Shown here one piece after another: positions 58,415 to 64,000 of a stretch of DNA of 64,000 nt. The DNA is from Octopus vulgaris. Its lineage: Eukaryota. The stretch lies in NCBI GenBank assembly GCA_951406725.2, contig OX597834.1, forward strand, positions 13,330,001 through 13,394,000, given 5' to 3'. Made by a program: the position numbers and the translations under genes. Positions within the stretch are counted from its first letter, which is position 1. Each line of letters begins with the position of its first letter. The notes under the pieces were generated by a model. That model was not told where the DNA came from. It did not search any database and saw only the letters and a program-made list of their open reading frames with translations.

Positions 58415-59910
58415 TTAGATATAAAACCACTATTAGGCAAGTCAAACATAATATGATATAATATAATATAATATATATATTTATACTATAAAATTGGATT
58501 TAATCCTAAATCTAATATTCCCCTGTAAGTTTGGATTTATTCCCTAATATTATTATTATTATATATATATATATGTGTGTGTATATGTATATATGTGTAT
58601 GTATATGTGTGTGTATGTGTGTGTATATGATATCTCTGTTTGAGGAGAGACTTTCTACTTTGCATCATTTAGATACATTAGTTTGAAGAAGCGCAGTCGA
58701 ATAACTGCGCCTTGCAGTACATCCGTTATTAACGCTGTGATAACACAAATAGTATTCAGCATGAACACGTGTCGATCCGGGATGTAATTACACTTCAAAG
58801 TAGATGTGAAAAGGAAATATCTGTGTGAAATAATGACTTCGGGATCTAAGGACTGCAAGGAGATCAGTGACGTAAAATGGAGGGACGTATTGTCCAACAA
58901 ATACAGCTTACACATCGAATGCAATCTCTATGTAAATCGGATTTCAGGGAAAGAGAGAAAACAGCAGCAGCTTTTAATATCGTAGATGTTGTAACATTAA
59001 TGAACTGCGATCAATAGGCAATAATATGTTGGCAATGTAAAACGTGACAATGTAAATAAATGATTCTAAATTAAGATAAGCTTAGTAAGAGATGTCAAAC
59101 ATCTCAAAGGTTTGTTGTAAGTGGATCCTCCAAATATTTCTCTGCAAATGTCATTACCGCTAAACATCGTCATAAAGAAGAAAAAAACGTAATCTTGTAA
59201 GAAGGATTTACTGCATTCCACGTTGAGTATTGTAGGCGTAATATGAATAATATAAGATAATAAAATACGTAAGGACACAAAACTACGTGCTGTGTACTGA
59301 TCAGAGAAGTGACATAACTCAGGCGTACAGTAACAGAAAAATAAGGAAATATATAAGAGGCAAATACAAGATACAATATACAGACATAAATACAACTCTA
59401 GGTGAAATAGAGAAAATGGAGACCAGTGTCAGGAAAACCATGAAATAAAAGATTTAAAAGAGCACAATAAGAATAAGACATGTTAACAACGGTTTTAGCG
59501 TTTCGATTAGACATTTCGTGTCATCTGGGTCGTTAGATCCAAATCAATAATGACACTTCCTTTCAAAAGTTGACGCAAGGAAAATGAATCATGAAAATAT
59601 ATTTATGGGTGTTGTGCGCGCGTTCATGTGCGTGTGTGTGTATGAATATATATATACACATAGAGAGAGGAGGAGAGATATACATAGACATAGAGATATG
59701 GGTGTGATGGTGTTTGCGTGTGTAAACGTGCGAATATGTATTATTGTACTTTTTTAAGATAATTGCAGGCCGTTCAAATTTTAATGTATATGTGTTTGCA
59801 GGTATGCATATGGTTGTTTTGGAAACTGCCTCTGTGCCAGGAGTGATGGTGTGTAAAACTATGTATATTCTCAGGGTATCAAGTAATACTGAGCGTGCTA
59901 AAGCGTGTAT

Positions 59911-59940
<30 letters not shown>

Positions 59941-59946
<6 letters not shown>

Positions 59947-60944
59947 GAAAGAAGGTTTGAAAATGCAATTTAAAAGATGTTTATTTACTTAACCGGTTTC
60001 ACTCTTTGAAAAAAGTTGTCAAAAGTAACATATGGAAGTTTGGTTGCGTTAATTATTGGTTGTTGCAAATTGCCACATTACATGTATATATACAGTCTTT
60101 GGTAACAGGGACATGTTAAGGACATAAAAAAGTACAACAGTATGATGAGAATATTTTAAAAAATGGGCAGAAAAGATTAAAACAAATATATTATACATCT
60201 GAGGGTAATTTCCAGGAGGAATTATCAAAAAAGTTCAGTACAGAATATTATGAATTCAAAAAAATTTACACTAAGATTTACATTAATGTAGTGGCGAGGT
60301 TGTTTACTGACCTCTCCGTTTTAGCAGAAATGTGGAATTGAAACAGATGTACCCGTTTTTTTCTTTTTTTGGCTCTCCTTCAAGCATCAATGATTTTGGG
60401 GTTAGGATGAGGTGAATATGTGTGTCTCTGCGTGTATGTGTGCGTGTATACATATACATGTGGTGTGAATAGATATGTCTGTGTGTCTGTAGTATTTGGT
60501 CAGATGGCGTCTGTTTGTCAAGTGTGTGTGGTTGTCATGGTGTTGTGTGCGCGTGTGTGTGCGCGTGTGTGTATATATGCGTGCCCGCCCGTGCGGGCAC
60601 GCATATATACACATATTTTTTGATAATTCCTCCTGGAAATTACCCTGAGATGTATAATATATTTGTTTTAATCTTTTCTGCCCATTTTTAAAAATATTCT
60701 CATCATACTGTTGTACTTTGTTATGTCCTTAACATGTCCCTGTTACCAAAGACTGTATATATACATGTAATGTGGCAATTTGCAACAACCAATAATTAAC
60801 GCAACCAAACTTCCATATGTTACTTTTGACAATCTTTTTCCAAAGAGTGAAACCGGTTAAGTAAATAAACATCTTTTAAATTGCATTTTCAAACCTTCTT
60901 TCGTATATAATTCCACTCGGGCGATACCCCACAACTCAACTTTG

Positions 60945-60946
<2 letters not shown>
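59941..60946. mobile_element. Large (TA)n-flanked fold-back element, about 290-bp arms
   Basis: Arms 59941-60232 and 60616-60907, extension to 60946; related terminus at 51380-51500. Confidence 0.85.
60820..60864 (+). ncRNA. Minimal hammerhead motif (U3-A8 variant)
   Basis: TTACTT TTGACAA tcttt..aaagagt GAAA CCGG TT AAGTAA: 6-bp stem I, palindromic stem III; base of stem II imperfect. Confidence 0.65.
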
Positions 60947-60998
<52 letters not shown>

Positions 60999-61912
60999 TT
61001 CTATAATTAGAAAATCTTTATTGACTCCTTTCATTTGTTCTTCTCTCTCAGACCCTTACAGTAGTCTGGAACAACTGAATCTTAGTCAGTCAGTTGATGA
61101 GCTCCACTACCACAAATGTTCTTAAAATTTAAATCCAAATCTTTGTCTAAATATCTACCTTCTCTATAATGTTGCTACTCTATATGAAAATTTTTGTATT
61201 AATGGAAAATTGGCTGAGTGCTCAACATTTTAAAACTGTTGTAATACTTACAGCATTTAATAAAATGATGTAGTATGAAACGATCGTACTAAACTACCGG
61301 AGTCATTCTTGTTGCTTATTTTGATTATATATATATAATATCGAGGTTCGAAGCAGCATAGCTGGTGCCTAAATCTTGGTTTAGGCACCAAATCTTGGTG
61401 CCTAAATCTTGGCCAATTGGTGTTAGACTATTCAAGGATTCAACTGAATACTTCACAGCTTCATCGATGTCGAATACAGCATCAATGGAATTGTAGACGT
61501 GACACTCATAAATGCATAAAAACCGTTTTAAGGGTTATTGGATTAGTGAAGCAATTATGAGAACAGCACCAAGGGATAAGCCCCGCTTCCTGGGAATTAC
61601 CGGGTACGTCTGTTATATATATATATTTATACACACACAAGGCCAACACTTTCGATTACGTCTTCCGATCAGCTAACAGAATCGTTAGCATGATAATGAA
61701 AGATCCTCAGTCCTGTATTCAAATTACGATCTGAGGTAAATTTCTCCCACGTTTGAATCTGTCTGTACCCCGTCCAAGAATACTAAAATAACTACCAGTC
61801 GAACACTGAGGTCCTTGTCATCAACGTACACCCATACTCAATCTCGCTTGCACTCCGTCAAATATTTGAACTAATGAAGAGATATAAACATACATACGTA
61901 TGTGCGTATGTA

Positions 61913-61966
<54 letters not shown>

Positions 61967-62046
61967 CATATATAGATACAAATATATGACTGTATATATA
62001 TATATATATATATATATACAGTCATATATTTTTATCTATATATGTA

Positions 62047-62081
<35 letters not shown>

Positions 62082-62149
62082 TCATATATGAATATATATA
62101 TACACATTCATATATGAATAGATATATATACATATTTATATATATACAC

Positions 62150-62589
<440 letters not shown>

Positions 62590-63478
62590 CACACACACAC
62601 TCACACATAGGAATTATAGCATCAGTCGTTTCGTAGTGCGCAAATACCAATGAATTTCAATATTTGCAATTGTAATTATCCTATAAATAGCTTACACTAC
62701 ATTACTCTCTCAACTTGATGCTCATTTAGATTTATACATATTTTTTTCCCCTTGATGTTTGCAGTTTCGAGATTTCATACCGGCAGTTATTGAATGCTTG
62801 TGTGTGTTTGTGTGTGAGAATTCGTTAACTATATTCGTGATATTCGTCATTGGCGATTGACGTGTCGGTGTTTCAAATTTTTTCTTTCTTTTTTTTTTAT
62901 TATTGATACTTCAATATAATATCGATGATGTTTGTGATGAGACTGTTTAATTAATTTCCGCCATATTTGTAATCGGAAAACATATCATTAATGTGCTAAT
63001 GGATTTCTCTCAGAGAGATTAATGCTAGATGATCTGCAATGATGATTTTCAATATTCTTTCTACTTGATTCTCTTGTTTCAAATTATTCCCATATTATCG
63101 ATGTTAATCTTAATTAAAGTTTTAATGGAAATATTTCTCATCGTTTTATTTCGATTTATTTTCACTATAGTACTCTATTTCGGTATTTATTGTTTCCTTT
63201 ATAAATACATAACTTAGATTTGTTGCCGTTAATGAAATCCAAAAAGAAAAGCGTTGCAAATGTGCAACGGAGAGTTAGACTGACAAATAGAGGGAGAATG
63301 AGGGAGAGCAAGAGACAGAGAGAGAAGGAGAGAGACGCACATGCACACACACACACACACAAACACACACGCACATACATTACAAACAGACGTGGATTTA
63401 CATTTTCATAAGTGTATATACTCATATGTGGAAGAATAAACGCATGTACAAACACATATATATGTATTTGTGTCTCTG

Positions 63479-63646
<168 letters not shown>

Positions 63647-63700
63647 TACACACACACACGCACACACACTCACATATATATATATATGCATAAACAGATC

Positions 63701-63835
63701 GGCGCAGGAGTGGATGTATGGTAAGTATCTTGCTTATTAACCACATGGTTCCTGGTTAAGTCCCACTGCGTGGCATCTTGAGCTAAAGCCTTGACAGTGG
63801 ATTTGGTAGACGGATACTTAAAGAAGCCCGTCATA
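63701..63835 (+). mobile_element. SINE family A, 5' part
   Basis: GGCGCAGGAGTGG head. Confidence 0.8.
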
Positions 63836-63864
63836 CACACACAAGCGTATAAATATATGTGTAA

Positions 63865-64000
63865 GTGGAGGCACATTGCCTAGTGGTTAGAGCAGCGGAC
63901 TCGCGGTCGAGGGATCGCGAGTTCAAATAAGACCGGGCGATGTGCGTGTTTATGAGCGAAACACCTAAGCTCCACGCGGCACCGGGAGAAAGAAGTGGCG
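63865..64000 (+). mobile_element. SINE family C, cut by the window end
   Basis: CTAGTGGTTAGAGCAGCGGACTCGCGGTCG head. Confidence 0.85.

Overview
AT-rich, microsatellite-saturated animal DNA, most likely an octopus. That is inferred from several tRNA-derived SINE families resembling those described in Octopus and the extreme (TA)n/(GATA)n/(TAA)n load. Nearly all ORFs in the track are translated microsatellites. Recognisable content: about 20 SINE copies from 3-4 families, CR1-like LINE fragments, a Dong/R4-type LINE in a (TAA)n tract, a Tx1-like LINE 3' end seen three times in (TATC)n tracts, a decayed mariner, a piggyBac-type MITE, a possible Helitron remnant, and two phase-compatible candidate exons of a minus-strand membrane-protein gene. 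The most striking signal is a population of short, mostly (TA)n-anchored fold-back elements from several unrelated families. Many carry minimal type I hammerhead ribozyme motifs with palindromic stem III, several with a U3-A8 core covariation. They look like Penelope-like element termini or non-autonomous derivatives inserted with inverted duplications. All calls are by eye; no searches or folding programs were run.
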